DNA of 64,000 nt from contig CAVYJL010000002.1 in the NCBI GenBank assembly GCA_963768865.1, positions 258,567 through 322,566 on the forward strand, given 5' to 3'. Positions 25,807 through 35,089 of this stretch are shown in pieces (the first letter of the stretch is position 1; each line of letters opens with the position of its first letter). The stretch comes from an uncultured Coriobacteriia bacterium. GTDB taxonomy: Bacteria > Actinomycetota > Coriobacteriia > Anaerosomatales > CAVYJL01. The notes under the pieces are model-generated. The model searched no databases, was not told the DNA's origin, and worked only from the letters and a program-made list of their open reading frames with translations. The translations under genes were made by a program, and so were the position numbers.

Positions 25807-26727
25807 ATGTTCGCCCTCATGGCGGCACTGCTCGCCGCCACTCTCGCCGGCTGCTCGCCTGCGCAGGCGCCGCAACAGCCCTCAGTCACGACGATCCCTG
25901 TCGCGGCGGGGGCCACGATCGAGCCCGGTGTGCTCACCGTGGCTGTGGATCCCAGCTTCCCGCCTTTCGCCGGCAAGGTCCGTGGCGGCGGACTAGCCGG
26001 GCTCGACATCGATGTCGCATCGGCACTGGCCGACAGGCTCGGGCTCAAGGTGCGCTTCATCGAAGTCCCGCGCGGCAAGATGGGTTCGCGGGCGACGGGG
26101 AAGGCCGACATCGGGCTCGGCGGGCTGTCCACGCGCGACATCATCCGCCAAGGGGCTCTGCCCGGTGGCGTGTACGCCTTCGACGGGCCGGCCCTGTTCT
26201 CGTCCAAGGCGGCCACGCTCACGCCGGCCGGGCTGGCCGGCAAGCGCCTGGGCGCCCAGCGCGATTCGGAAGCTTGGTGGCGCCTCCGGGACCGGTACGG
26301 CTCCCACGTCGCGCCCTTCGGCGACCTGCGCGAGGCGATGGATGCCGCCAAGTCCGGCACGATCGAGGTGTTGGGCGCGGACGCCCTGGTGGGCGGCTAC
26401 ATCGCGCGCGACTTCCCGTCGGTGCGGCCCGTGGGCGTGATAGGTGTCCATCCGGTCGAGGTCGCGCTCCTTCGCACGGACCTGGGCCTCGCCGATCCGG
26501 TGCGCACCGCGCTCCAGTCGATGGAGACCGGCGGCGTGCTCGCCGTGCTCAGGGCCAAATGGGCAGGCCCCGCGGCCGCATACGTGTTCGCCGCCGGCGC
26601 TCGGTCCGCGACCGCGGCCCCCGTGTCCAACCCGGCGACTTCGGTAACCGCTCCTTCTGCGACGGCGAGCGCCGCGCCCGCCGGCTCGGCCGCTTCCGAC
26701 ACCGCGCCCGCCACCTCAGCGCCCTAG
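25807..26727 (+). CDS. Family-3 solute-binding lipoprotein (polar amino-acid ABC type) with Ala/Ser/Pro-rich C-terminal tail
   Basis: Lipobox LAATLAGCSP. LTVAVDPSFPPFA, GLDIDVASALADRLGLKVRFIEV. Low-complexity tail ATAAPVSNPATSVTAPSATASAAPAGSAASDTAPATSAP. ATG 25807 chosen inside ORF 25720-26727. Confidence 0.75.
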   Translation: MFALMAALLAATLAGCSPAQAPQQPSVTTIPVAAGATIEPGVLTVAVDPSFPPFAGKVRGGGLAGLDIDVASALADRLGLKVRFIEVPRGKMGSRATGKADIGLGGLSTRDIIRQGALPGGVYAFDGPALFSSKAATLTPAGLAGKRLGAQRDSEAWWRLRDRYGSHVAPFGDLREAMDAAKSGTIEVLGADALVGGYIARDFPSVRPVGVIGVHPVEVALLRTDLGLADPVRTALQSMETGGVLAVLRAKWAGPAAAYVFAAGARSATAAPVSNPATSVTAPSATASAAPAGSAASDTAPATSAP

Positions 26728-26932
26728 CCCGGGCCTGCGCGACAGTGCGGGAACCCGAGCACGAAGATGCACGGGAGCACGCGAGGCGCGCCGCACACGA
26801 CCCGGCGAGCCGCCGCTGCGCCAGCCGCCGCTAGCCACCCCTGACCACGGCCGTTTGTTATACAGTTAGCGTACTGTTCAGAACCGGCGGGGGCTCGGGG
26901 GGCGCCGGCCGGTCACCGACGAAGGAGGGGTC

Positions 26933-27799
26933 ATGCGCAAAGCCAGTAAATGGCTGGCCGTCCTCGTTGCGGCCGTGCTCGTTCTCGCCATCATGGCGAT
27001 CGCAGGCTGCAGCTCGGGGACGACCACCACGGGCACCGGAACCACCGGTACGACCAGCACCGCCACTACGGCACCGAAGACGATCAAGGCCGGCACGATC
27101 CTCGTCGGTTCGGACACGGCGTTCCCGCCGTTCGAGACCCTCAAGGGCACCGTCGCCGAGGGCTTCGACGTCGACCTCATGGCGGCCATCGCCAAGGAGA
27201 TGGGCCTCAAGTCCGAGTTCATCTCGCAGAAGTTCGACACGCTCATCCCCACGCTCAAGGCCGGCGGCAAGTTCGACGTCATCATGTCGGGCATGACCAT
27301 CACCGACGAGCGCAAGAAGGAAGTGGACTTCTCGAGCCCCTACATCGACTCCAACCAGTCGATCGCCGTCGTCAAGGGCAAGGGCTTCACCAAGATCGCG
27401 ACGGGTGACACCGCCGCGATCCAGAAGGCTATGACCGGCAAGATCATCGGCGTGCAGTCCGGCACCACCGGTGAGGCTTGGGCCAAGGAGAACCTCAAGG
27501 GCGCCAAGCAGGTCACGCCGTTCGACGACACCCTGTCCGCGTTCTCGGCTCTCAATGCCGGCAAGGTGGACGCCGTCGTCAACGACCTGCCCGTCTCCGC
27601 GTATCTCGTGAAGACGTCGTACACCACCGACGAGCTCATCGCCGAGATCCCCACGGGCGAGCAGTACGGCATCGCGATCGCCAAGACCACGCCCGAGCTC
27701 ACCGCCGCGATCGACGCTGCTCTGGCCAAGGTCAAGGCATCCGGAGAGTACGCACAGATCTATCAGAAGTGGTTCGGCATCGCGCCTCCCACCCAGTAG
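26933..27799 (+). CDS. Polar amino-acid ABC transporter substrate-binding lipoprotein
   Basis: Lipobox AIAGCSSG, Thr/Gly linker, ILVGSDTAFPPFE, GFDVDLMAAIAKEMGL, FDVIMSGMTITDERKKEVDFSSPY. Confidence 0.9.
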   Translation: MRKASKWLAVLVAAVLVLAIMAIAGCSSGTTTTGTGTTGTTSTATTAPKTIKAGTILVGSDTAFPPFETLKGTVAEGFDVDLMAAIAKEMGLKSEFISQKFDTLIPTLKAGGKFDVIMSGMTITDERKKEVDFSSPYIDSNQSIAVVKGKGFTKIATGDTAAIQKAMTGKIIGVQSGTTGEAWAKENLKGAKQVTPFDDTLSAFSALNAGKVDAVVNDLPVSAYLVKTSYTTDELIAEIPTGEQYGIAIAKTTPELTAAIDAALAKVKASGEYAQIYQKWFGIAPPTQ

Positions 27800-27902
27800 A
27801 TCGATGGTCGGCGTCCTCATCCCTCGTGACGCCGTGATGAGAATGCAAGGAGGGCCCCTGGCCGCGGTGGCCGGGGGCCCTTCCTCTGAAAGGCCCTGAT
27901 AC

Positions 27903-29258
27903 ATGCGCATAGCTAGACGCAAAACCGCCGTCCGCCTGGGAGCCGTTCTCGTCACCGTCGTGCTGTTCTTGACGACGCTGGGAGCGGTGGTCCCGGCGTT
28001 CGCCGCGGACACCCAGTTCACGACGGACAGTCAGGTCTCCACCGCGCCCAACCAGGGAGACCCCAGCGTCACGTACGGCGGCCAGCCCACGCGGTTCACG
28101 TTCACCCTGGTGACGGGCTCAAAGGCCGCCACGATGACGTCGGTGACGCTCGTCTTCCCCAAGGGCACGAGCCTCGCCAAAGCCACGGCGGACGTGGTCA
28201 CACTCGTTGGCCTCAATCGCAAGACGGTGAAGGCGAACATCATCAAGTCGGGCGAGTCGCTCACTCTGGCGCCGCTCGAGCCGCCGATAGGCAAGCTGTC
28301 CAACACGCGGATCCGCGTTTACGACGTGGTGCCTCCGGTCCCGGGCGGCACTCTCGTCGTCTCTGGGACGTGGAAGGGCGAAGGGGGCACCTCGGGCGAT
28401 CTGCCCGCCCTGCAGTACACACAGGCGTCACCCACGGTGTGGGTCATCGCCGAGAACTGGGTGGACAAGCAGCCGGCGGTGACGGCGTGGACCTCGGTCC
28501 CGATCCTGAACATGTTCTTCAAACCGCAACTGCTCATCAGGGCCATCCCGTTCCTGTTCGTGGGCTGGCTGCTCTCGATCGCGCTGGTCGCGGTCTCGTA
28601 TCCCGCGGCAATGCCCATCGGCTTGGCGCTCGCGTTCATGAAGATGAGCAAGATCGGGATCATACGCTGGGTTGCCAGCGCGTACATCAACGTGATCCGC
28701 GGCACGCCGCTCTTCCTGCAGATATACATCGCGTTCTTCGCGCTGCCGCTGGCGGGTGTCCAGGCCGATCCATTCATCCTGGGCGTCATCGTGCTGTCGC
28801 TGAACTCCTCGGCATACATGGCGGAGATCTTCAGGGCCGGTATACAGTCCATCAACAAGGGCCAGTTCGAGGCGGCAAGCTCGCTGGGCATGACGTATCC
28901 GCAGGCCATGGGGTACGTCATCATCCCTCAGACCGTGCGCCGGGTCCTGCCCACAATGACCTCGGAATTCATCTTGCTGTTCAAGGACACGGCGTTGCTG
29001 TCCGCGGTGGGCGTGTTCGAACTGATGAAGTTCGCCCAGGGCATCGCGGCCAACACGGGGAACGTCACCCCCTACCTCGAGGCGGCCGCGTTCTACCTGA
29101 TCCTGACGATCCCGCTGATCAACTACGTCGGGAAGCTCGAAGCGCGGCTCGCTCTCTCCGAAGGCGGTTCCGGCTCGAGCCCACGCAAGAAGAACCGGGG
29201 CGCATTGCCGCCGGACGAAGAAGCCGTCAAGCCGGCGAGCATCACTCCCGGCGCCTAG
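27903..29258 (+). CDS. Polar amino-acid ABC permease (HisM/GlnP type) fused to a ~200-aa N-terminal extracytoplasmic domain of unknown function
   Basis: 451 aa. Signal/TM then a beta-rich domain (aa ~35-195). The permease core carries the EAA-type loop (SINKGQFEAASSLGMTYPQAMGYVIIPQ). Confidence 0.85.
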   Translation: MRIARRKTAVRLGAVLVTVVLFLTTLGAVVPAFAADTQFTTDSQVSTAPNQGDPSVTYGGQPTRFTFTLVTGSKAATMTSVTLVFPKGTSLAKATADVVTLVGLNRKTVKANIIKSGESLTLAPLEPPIGKLSNTRIRVYDVVPPVPGGTLVVSGTWKGEGGTSGDLPALQYTQASPTVWVIAENWVDKQPAVTAWTSVPILNMFFKPQLLIRAIPFLFVGWLLSIALVAVSYPAAMPIGLALAFMKMSKIGIIRWVASAYINVIRGTPLFLQIYIAFFALPLAGVQADPFILGVIVLSLNSSAYMAEIFRAGIQSINKGQFEAASSLGMTYPQAMGYVIIPQTVRRVLPTMTSEFILLFKDTALLSAVGVFELMKFAQGIAANTGNVTPYLEAAAFYLILTIPLINYVGKLEARLALSEGGSGSSPRKKNRGALPPDEEAVKPASITPGA

Positions 29259-29294
29259 CCCCCGCGGACCACGATCGACGAGCGAGGCACACAC

Positions 29295-30125
29295 ATGGCT
29301 GACGAGCCCAAGACCCCAGACGGTTTCGATCTGCCGCCCGAGAGCCCCGTGGGCACGATCCCTGAGGTCGCCACGCCCACGACCTGGCCCGCGGGCAAAC
29401 CGATCATCCGCATCCAGAACCTCAAGAAGGCGTTCGGCGACAACGTCGTTCTGCGCGATGTGGATATGGAGGTCCAGCGCGGCGAGGTGGTCGTGATCCT
29501 GGGCCCGTCCGGTTCGGGCAAGTCCACCATGCTTCGGTGCGTCAACCGGCTCGAGGAGCCCACCGGCGGCGAGATCTGGTTCGAAGACATCCATGTCAAC
29601 GACCCCAAGACGGACATCAACAAGGTCCGCGAGAAGGTGGGCATGGTGTTCCAGAGCTTCAACCTCTTCCCGCACCTCACCGCCAAGGGCAACGTCATGC
29701 TCGCTCAGCAGCGGGTCCTCAAGCGCCACAAGGCCGAGGCCTCCAAGATCGCGGAACAGCGCCTTGGCGAGGTCGGGCTCGGAGACCGGATGGACTTCTT
29801 CCCGGCCCAACTCTCCGGCGGTCAGCAGCAGCGCGTCGCGATCGCGCGGGCGCTCGCGATGGATCCACACGTCATGCTCTTCGACGAGGTGACCTCGGCC
29901 CTGGACCCGGAACTCGTGCGCGGCGTCCTCGATGTCATGAAGAACCTGGCCAAGGGCGGCATGACCATGCTCGTGGTCACCCACGAGATGGGTTTCGCGC
30001 GCGACGTCGCGGACCGCGTCGTGTTCATGGACGGCGGCGTGATCGTGGAACAGGGCCGGCCCGACGAGGTCTTCGACAACCCGCAATCGGACCGGACCAA
30101 GGACTTCCTGGGCCACATCCGCTGA
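29295..30125 (+). CDS. Polar amino-acid ABC transporter ATP-binding protein
   Basis: Walker [10 protein letters not shown], signature [15 protein letters not shown], Walker [13 protein letters not shown]. Confidence 0.93.
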   Translation: MADEPKTPDGFDLPPESPVGTIPEVATPTTWPAGKPIIRIQNLKKAFGDNVVLRDVDMEVQRGEVVVILGPSGSGKSTMLRCVNRLEEPTGGEIWFEDIHVNDPKTDINKVREKVGMVFQSFNLFPHLTAKGNVMLAQQRVLKRHKAEASKIAEQRLGEVGLGDRMDFFPAQLSGGQQQRVAIARALAMDPHVMLFDEVTSALDPELVRGVLDVMKNLAKGGMTMLVVTHEMGFARDVADRVVFMDGGVIVEQGRPDEVFDNPQSDRTKDFLGHIR

Positions 30126-30241
30126 GCAGCGCTGTTGCGCTTGAGTGACGAAATCGTGTCTCTTGCGGCCGACCCGCTGGCGTTGGAACGGGAAGCGCAT
30201 GTAGGCTGTTCGCCAACCGTCCGTCTTCCCGGAGGCGCCGA

Positions 30242-31087
30242 ATGCCCGCTTCCCGCCGCCAGCTTGCGCTGGTCCTCGGCTGCGCGACCCTGACCTGCCT
30301 GCTAGGGGCAGCACTTGTGCTGGCCGGATGTGCGGGCAGGCCTTTCGGCCGCGGTGCCACTCGAACCGACACCACGGTCGCCGGGACCGGGACTGCGGCC
30401 ACCGTGAGCGCACCGGTGACCCCAGCCGTGAACCCCGACCTGCCGAGGGGCATGGGCTACGTCTACGCGCCCACGCAGGCCACCCATCCCGAAGAGCGGG
30501 CGGCGATCCTGGGCAAGGCACATGCGTATCTAGGGGAGCGCAACCTGCTCCTAGTCAACGAGATGCTCATCCAAGAGCCGTATGCTCTCTCGTCGGTCGT
30601 CGTCAAAGGCACCAAACGGACCTGGGTGTTCGCCATGAAGCACGAGGGTGACGGCTGGTTCGGCGTCTGGAAGTCGCCGGGAGCCACAGCGTCGAGGCAG
30701 GCCCTCGAGGCCTCCGGCGTCGTGAACGCGCCCGAGCTCTTGGCCGAGTTCGACTGGCGGGCCGCGCGATACGGCGGGCAGCTGTCCAAGGCCGCGGCAG
30801 CGGTGGGCGTCAGGGACGCGCTGAACAAGGACATCAGCGATCCGTCAGCGGTCGTGCACACCGTGCGCGTCACGCTGCTGATCCGCGACATCGACGGCAG
30901 CTGGTGGGCCGGCGGATTCGTTGACGAGAAGACTTCGGGCGGCATGGTGTTCGCGCACAAGCTCCCCGGCGACAACTGGCGCATCATCGACTTCGGCACC
31001 GGCATAGACGGCACCGATCTCCGAGGCAAGGCCCCCGTCAACGTGACCAGGGCTTTCGTCAAGGCTTTCAAGCCGCTGGTCCAGTAG
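30242..31087 (+). CDS. Lipoprotein of unknown function
   Basis: 281 aa. Lipobox LVLAGCAG. I recognise no motif. Confidence 0.55.
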   Translation: MPASRRQLALVLGCATLTCLLGAALVLAGCAGRPFGRGATRTDTTVAGTGTAATVSAPVTPAVNPDLPRGMGYVYAPTQATHPEERAAILGKAHAYLGERNLLLVNEMLIQEPYALSSVVVKGTKRTWVFAMKHEGDGWFGVWKSPGATASRQALEASGVVNAPELLAEFDWRAARYGGQLSKAAAAVGVRDALNKDISDPSAVVHTVRVTLLIRDIDGSWWAGGFVDEKTSGGMVFAHKLPGDNWRIIDFGTGIDGTDLRGKAPVNVTRAFVKAFKPLVQ

Positions 31088-31238
31088 GGCCCGGCCGCGC
31101 GGTCCAGGCGGGGAAGGCGCCGGTAGCCCGCCCGCCCTCCACTCACCGATTCCCCACCCCGCATGGCCGCCGCAGGCTCGCTGCGCGCGCCGCGGCGGGG
31201 GTACGTTCAAGATGTAGGGACCGGAAAGGAGAGCGACG

Positions 31239-31805
31239 ATGAACCTCATCGTGAAGAGCCGCAACGGCGACGTTCCGTCCGATGTCCGTGACTATGCCGA
31301 GGAGAAGGTCGGCAAGGTCGGGAAGATCCTGAACTCGTTCCTGATGGAGGCTGAGGTCGAGCTTTTCGCGCAGCGTAATCCCGCGATCGAGAACGGGAAG
31401 GTCGCCGAGGTCACGATACGTACCAAGGGCCCGGTGATCCGTGCCCGCGAATCGGCCTCGACGTACCCCGCGGCGATAGACCTGGCGGCGGCCAAGATCG
31501 AGCGCCAGGTGCGCAAGGTCCACGACAAGTTCGTCACTCAGCGCAAGCATGCTCCCTCCATGGACCAGTTCGCCGAGGCGCCGCCGGTGCCCGACGAGCA
31601 CGTTGAGCCTGAAGAGGAGCCCGGCGCCGTGGTGAAGGTGAAGCCCATCGAGGTCAAGCCCATGACCTCCGAGGAGGCCATCCTGCAGCTGGAGCTGCTG
31701 GGACACGACTTCTTCGTGTTCCAGAGCTCTGAGACCGACGACCTGGCCGTGCTCTACCGCCGTAAGGACGGGGACTACGGAGTCATCGAGCCGCGCCTGG
31801 GATAG
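31239..31805 (+). CDS. hpf: Ribosome hibernation promoting factor, long form
   Basis: 188 aa. N-terminal S30AE/RaiA domain (DVRDYAEEKVGKVGKIL...) and C-terminal dimerisation domain (VKVKPIEVKPMTSEEAILQLELLGHDFFVFQSSETDDLAVLYRRKDGDYGVIEP). Confidence 0.93.
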   Translation: MNLIVKSRNGDVPSDVRDYAEEKVGKVGKILNSFLMEAEVELFAQRNPAIENGKVAEVTIRTKGPVIRARESASTYPAAIDLAAAKIERQVRKVHDKFVTQRKHAPSMDQFAEAPPVPDEHVEPEEEPGAVVKVKPIEVKPMTSEEAILQLELLGHDFFVFQSSETDDLAVLYRRKDGDYGVIEPRLG

Positions 31806-31828
31806 GTACGCCCTGATCGCAGCAAGAA

Positions 31829-31864
31829 CGAAGGCGGGTGCCGCGGATGCGGCGCCCGCCTTCG
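31829..31864 (+). terminator. Intrinsic terminator after hpf
   Basis: cgaaggcgggtgccgc-ggat-gcggcgcccgccttcg stem-loop followed by tgtgtcg, 24 nt after the hpf stop. Confidence 0.7.
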
Positions 31865-32043
31865 TGTGTCGCCCCGTCTTGGCGGTTGCGCCGTGCGCCC
31901 CCCGGGCTTCGGCTCCTACCTCGGCCCAACGTAGTGTTATCGGCAGGAATCGTGAGGACCTGAAGGGCCTATCTCCAGATTTCCGGTACTCTTGAGTCGC
32001 GGCATCGCCGTGAAGTCGGACATGGGAACTGGCAGGAGGGTCC

Positions 32044-32830
32044 ATGGAGGGGCTTGGCGTCGCGCGCGAGGGGGTCGAGTCCGCCCGCGCCTGGGACCTG
32101 TACAGCAGGTATTACGATGCCACGTGCCACCTCATGTCGTACCGGAAGATGCTGTGGGACGCCTACGAGGCGCTGGACCTCGGGCCCGGCATGACGGTCC
32201 TGGACGCGGGATGCGGCACCGGCAACCTGGAGTGCTTCCTCGTGGAGAAGGATCCGCCTCCGGTCACGATCGAGGCGGTGGATCTTCTCCGTGGGCATGT
32301 TGGGCCGGGCTCAGGCCAAGTGCCGGGGCATGGCCAACGTGACCTTTCGCCAGGTCGACATCTCCGACGGCCTTCCCTTCGCCGACGCGACTTTCGATCG
32401 GGTCGTGAGCATCAACGTGCTTTACGCTGTAGACGATTGGGACGGGACCACCCGGGAGCTCCTGCGCGTGCTCAAACCGGACGGCAAGCTAGTCATCACC
32501 AGCTCGTCTCCCGACTTCAGGTTCGGGCGCGTCTTCGGCGATCACGTGGCCCGGATCAAGAACATCTGGGGCTTCTCGCGGCGCGCCCTGATGGTGCTCA
32601 ACACGGCCAGGGTCATGTTCACGAGCGGGCTCGCGTCGTTCGTGTTCAACCTGCTCGTCATCGATCGCCGCGAGGCCGAGGGCCGCTACCGGTCACTGGA
32701 CCCGGCCGGAGTGCGGGAATTCCTTTGCGGGTACAGCGATGACGGTGTCGGAGACGTGAGCGTGGGGCTCACCTTCGCCGACCAGAACTTCCTCGCGACC
32801 GCGACGAAAGTCGCCGCGCAACCGGCCTAG
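32044..32830 (+). CDS. Class I SAM-dependent methyltransferase, one frame break near 32285
   Basis: VLDAGCGTGNLECFL (motif I), then EAVD / SVGMLGRAQAKCRGMANVTFRQVDISDGLPFADATFDRVVSINVLYAVDDW...LKPDGKLVI in the +1 frame. Confidence 0.8.
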
Positions 32831-32832
32831 GA

Positions 32833-33414
32833 GTGACCAGCGTGCCCGTCCAAAGCGGCCAAGCCGACGGGCCCGGGGAAGTACCCTCCGGCGCTGGGGG
32901 CACTCCAGGTGCGCCGCGGCCCTCGGGCCGAGGATGGTCGCCGGGCCGCGTCGTTGCCCTGGTCTCGGCCGCGATCGCCGGCATCGTCGGGGTCCTCCTC
33001 AGCGAAGGCTGGATCGTAGGCTCGGTCGCCCTGCTGGGCCCCGTCTGGGCCTTCTTGCTCGTGTCCACCGTGTGCTCGGCCATCAGCGTGGTCATCGCAT
33101 ACGCCTACGACGCCCAGGAAGGCCGCCATGGCCCCGGCGTCACGATCGCGCGGCTCCGCGCGTGGATCGCGAGCAAGGAGGAGTATGTGAACCGACGGGT
33201 CGCGGCGCTGGCGCGGTTCTCCGAGTGGGTCGCATTCGTCATCATGTCGGTGACCATAGGGCCGTTCCTCACCGCTGTAGCGGTGAAGGTCAGGGGTGGC
33301 GGCCGAGGTTTCGCGTACGCTCTGTGTGTCGCGAGCAGCGTTCTGTTCTCCGCGGTCTGGGTGGCCGTCTACTCGGGCGGTATCGCGGTCGTGCGCAAGG
33401 TGTTCTTCGGCTAG
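32833..33414 (+). CDS. Integral membrane protein, unknown function
   Basis: 193 aa with about 4 TM segments. The start is 2 nt after the methyltransferase stop. Confidence 0.5.
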   Translation: MTSVPVQSGQADGPGEVPSGAGGTPGAPRPSGRGWSPGRVVALVSAAIAGIVGVLLSEGWIVGSVALLGPVWAFLLVSTVCSAISVVIAYAYDAQEGRHGPGVTIARLRAWIASKEEYVNRRVAALARFSEWVAFVIMSVTIGPFLTAVAVKVRGGGRGFAYALCVASSVLFSAVWVAVYSGGIAVVRKVFFG

Positions 33415-33441
33415 CCGGCCTAGCTCCATAGGAGGTCCTGG

Positions 33442-34988
33442 ATGGGTCTGCTCGGCGATGTGATGTCGGACTTCATGACGCGCGATCCCAGGCGCAGCGC
33501 CTGGTTCTCGGCGAAGGCGCCAGCGTCGTTCTGGGCTGGGAAAGGGCGCCGGCGCGATGGACACGTTCAAGCTGGCCAGCCGGGACGTGCCAGGCGTACC
33601 GCGACTTCCTCGCAGCGCAGGCGGTGGACCCGGCGTCCATCCGCACCTACGAGGACTTCCGGGATCTGCCGCTCATAGACAAGCGCAGCTACTTGCTCGC
33701 GAACCAGGACGACCTCGAGCGCCTATGCGTGGGCGGGACCCTGGAGGCCAGCCACACCATCGCCCGCAGCTCCGGGTTCACCGGCGATCCGCTCTACTGG
33801 CCCCGCGCGCAGCGTCAAGACGAGATGGCCAAACGCAGTGCCGAGGTCATGTACGTGGACTTCTGGGACATGGACCGGGTCCCAAGCTTGCTGGTCATCT
33901 GCTTCGACCTGGGCATGTGGATAGCTGGCGAGCTCTCTGCGCACGCGTCGCGCGAGATCGCCATGAAGGGCTATCCCATCACGGTCACCACCCCGGGATC
34001 CAACCTGGTGGACGCCTTGGGGGTCGTGCAGCGTCTGGGCCACCGCTTCGGCCAGGTCGCGCTCATGGGCTATCCGCCGTTCCTCAAACAGCTGATGGAC
34101 CTCGGCGATCGTGAGGGCGTGGACTGGAAGTCGCTCAACGTCGTCCTGCTGCCCTCGGGGGAGGGGTTCAGCGAGAGCTGGCGCACCCACATGCTCGACC
34201 GCATAGGCAAGCCGGACGACCTGCGGGCCGTGGTGGGCATGTTCGGCATGTCCGAGGGAGCGGTGGTGGGCTACGAGACGCCGCTGTCGGTGTTCACGCG
34301 CCGGCGTGCCGAGGCCGACGCCGAACTGCGCCGCGACCTCCTAGGCACCGATTCCAACTGCTACGCGATGGTCCAGTACAACCCGATGGGGTCGTTCCTG
34401 GAGGCGATCGAGGGGGAGATGGTGCTCACCACGGGGGGCAAACTGCCCCTCGTTCGGTACAACTCCCGGGAGCAGGGAGGGCTGCTCGAAGCGCCGCGGG
34501 TCCTCGAGATCCTCGCGTCCCACGGCTACGGCCCTGAACAGATGCGGGAGGCGGGCGTCGACACGGGTGCCATGTGGTCCATACCGTTCTTCTTCTCGTT
34601 CGGACGCCAGGACTGCGTATCCGTGGACGGCGCGAACATCTACGTCGAGGGACTGGAGCCCGCGCTCCTCAAGTCGGGCATGGACGGGATCCGGGATTGG
34701 CGCATCGCGGTCCGGGAGTCGGGCGACCACGGCCTCAAGTTCGTGGTCCTCGTCGAGATGGGCCCCGAGCTGGCCGGCGCCGGGCCGGGCGCGATCGAGT
34801 CCAAGAGGCTCCACTACCAGGAGACTTTCCGCGACGAGCTGATCGCGGGGAACCCTGACTACGCCAGCGCCCACCGGAACAACCCCGAGTCGATGGAGCC
34901 CGAGATCGTGCTGTACGGGCCCGGCGAGGGACCGTTCTCGGGCGCGGCCACGATCAAGAAGCGTCACGTTCACAAAGGTGCGCTCTAG
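33442..34988 (+). CDS. Adenylate-forming enzyme of the phenylacetate-CoA ligase / coenzyme F390 synthetase-like (PaaK, COG1541) family, two frame breaks (~33545, ~33595)
   Basis: DTFKLASRDVP / YRDFLAAQAVDPASIRTYEDFRDLPLIDKRSYL, then ARSSGFTGDPLYWP (SSGTTG-like AMP motif) and LLPSGEGFSE. Frames 33442 to 33557 to 33624. Confidence 0.7.
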
Positions 34989-35089
34989 CAGCGCCAGGTC
35001 CGCCGGGCCTTTGGCAGGCTAACGGACTCCCTCCCTCCTGACGATACATGTCCAGGAGGTTGGTTCGAGGCTGAACCTGGTGGCCCCTG

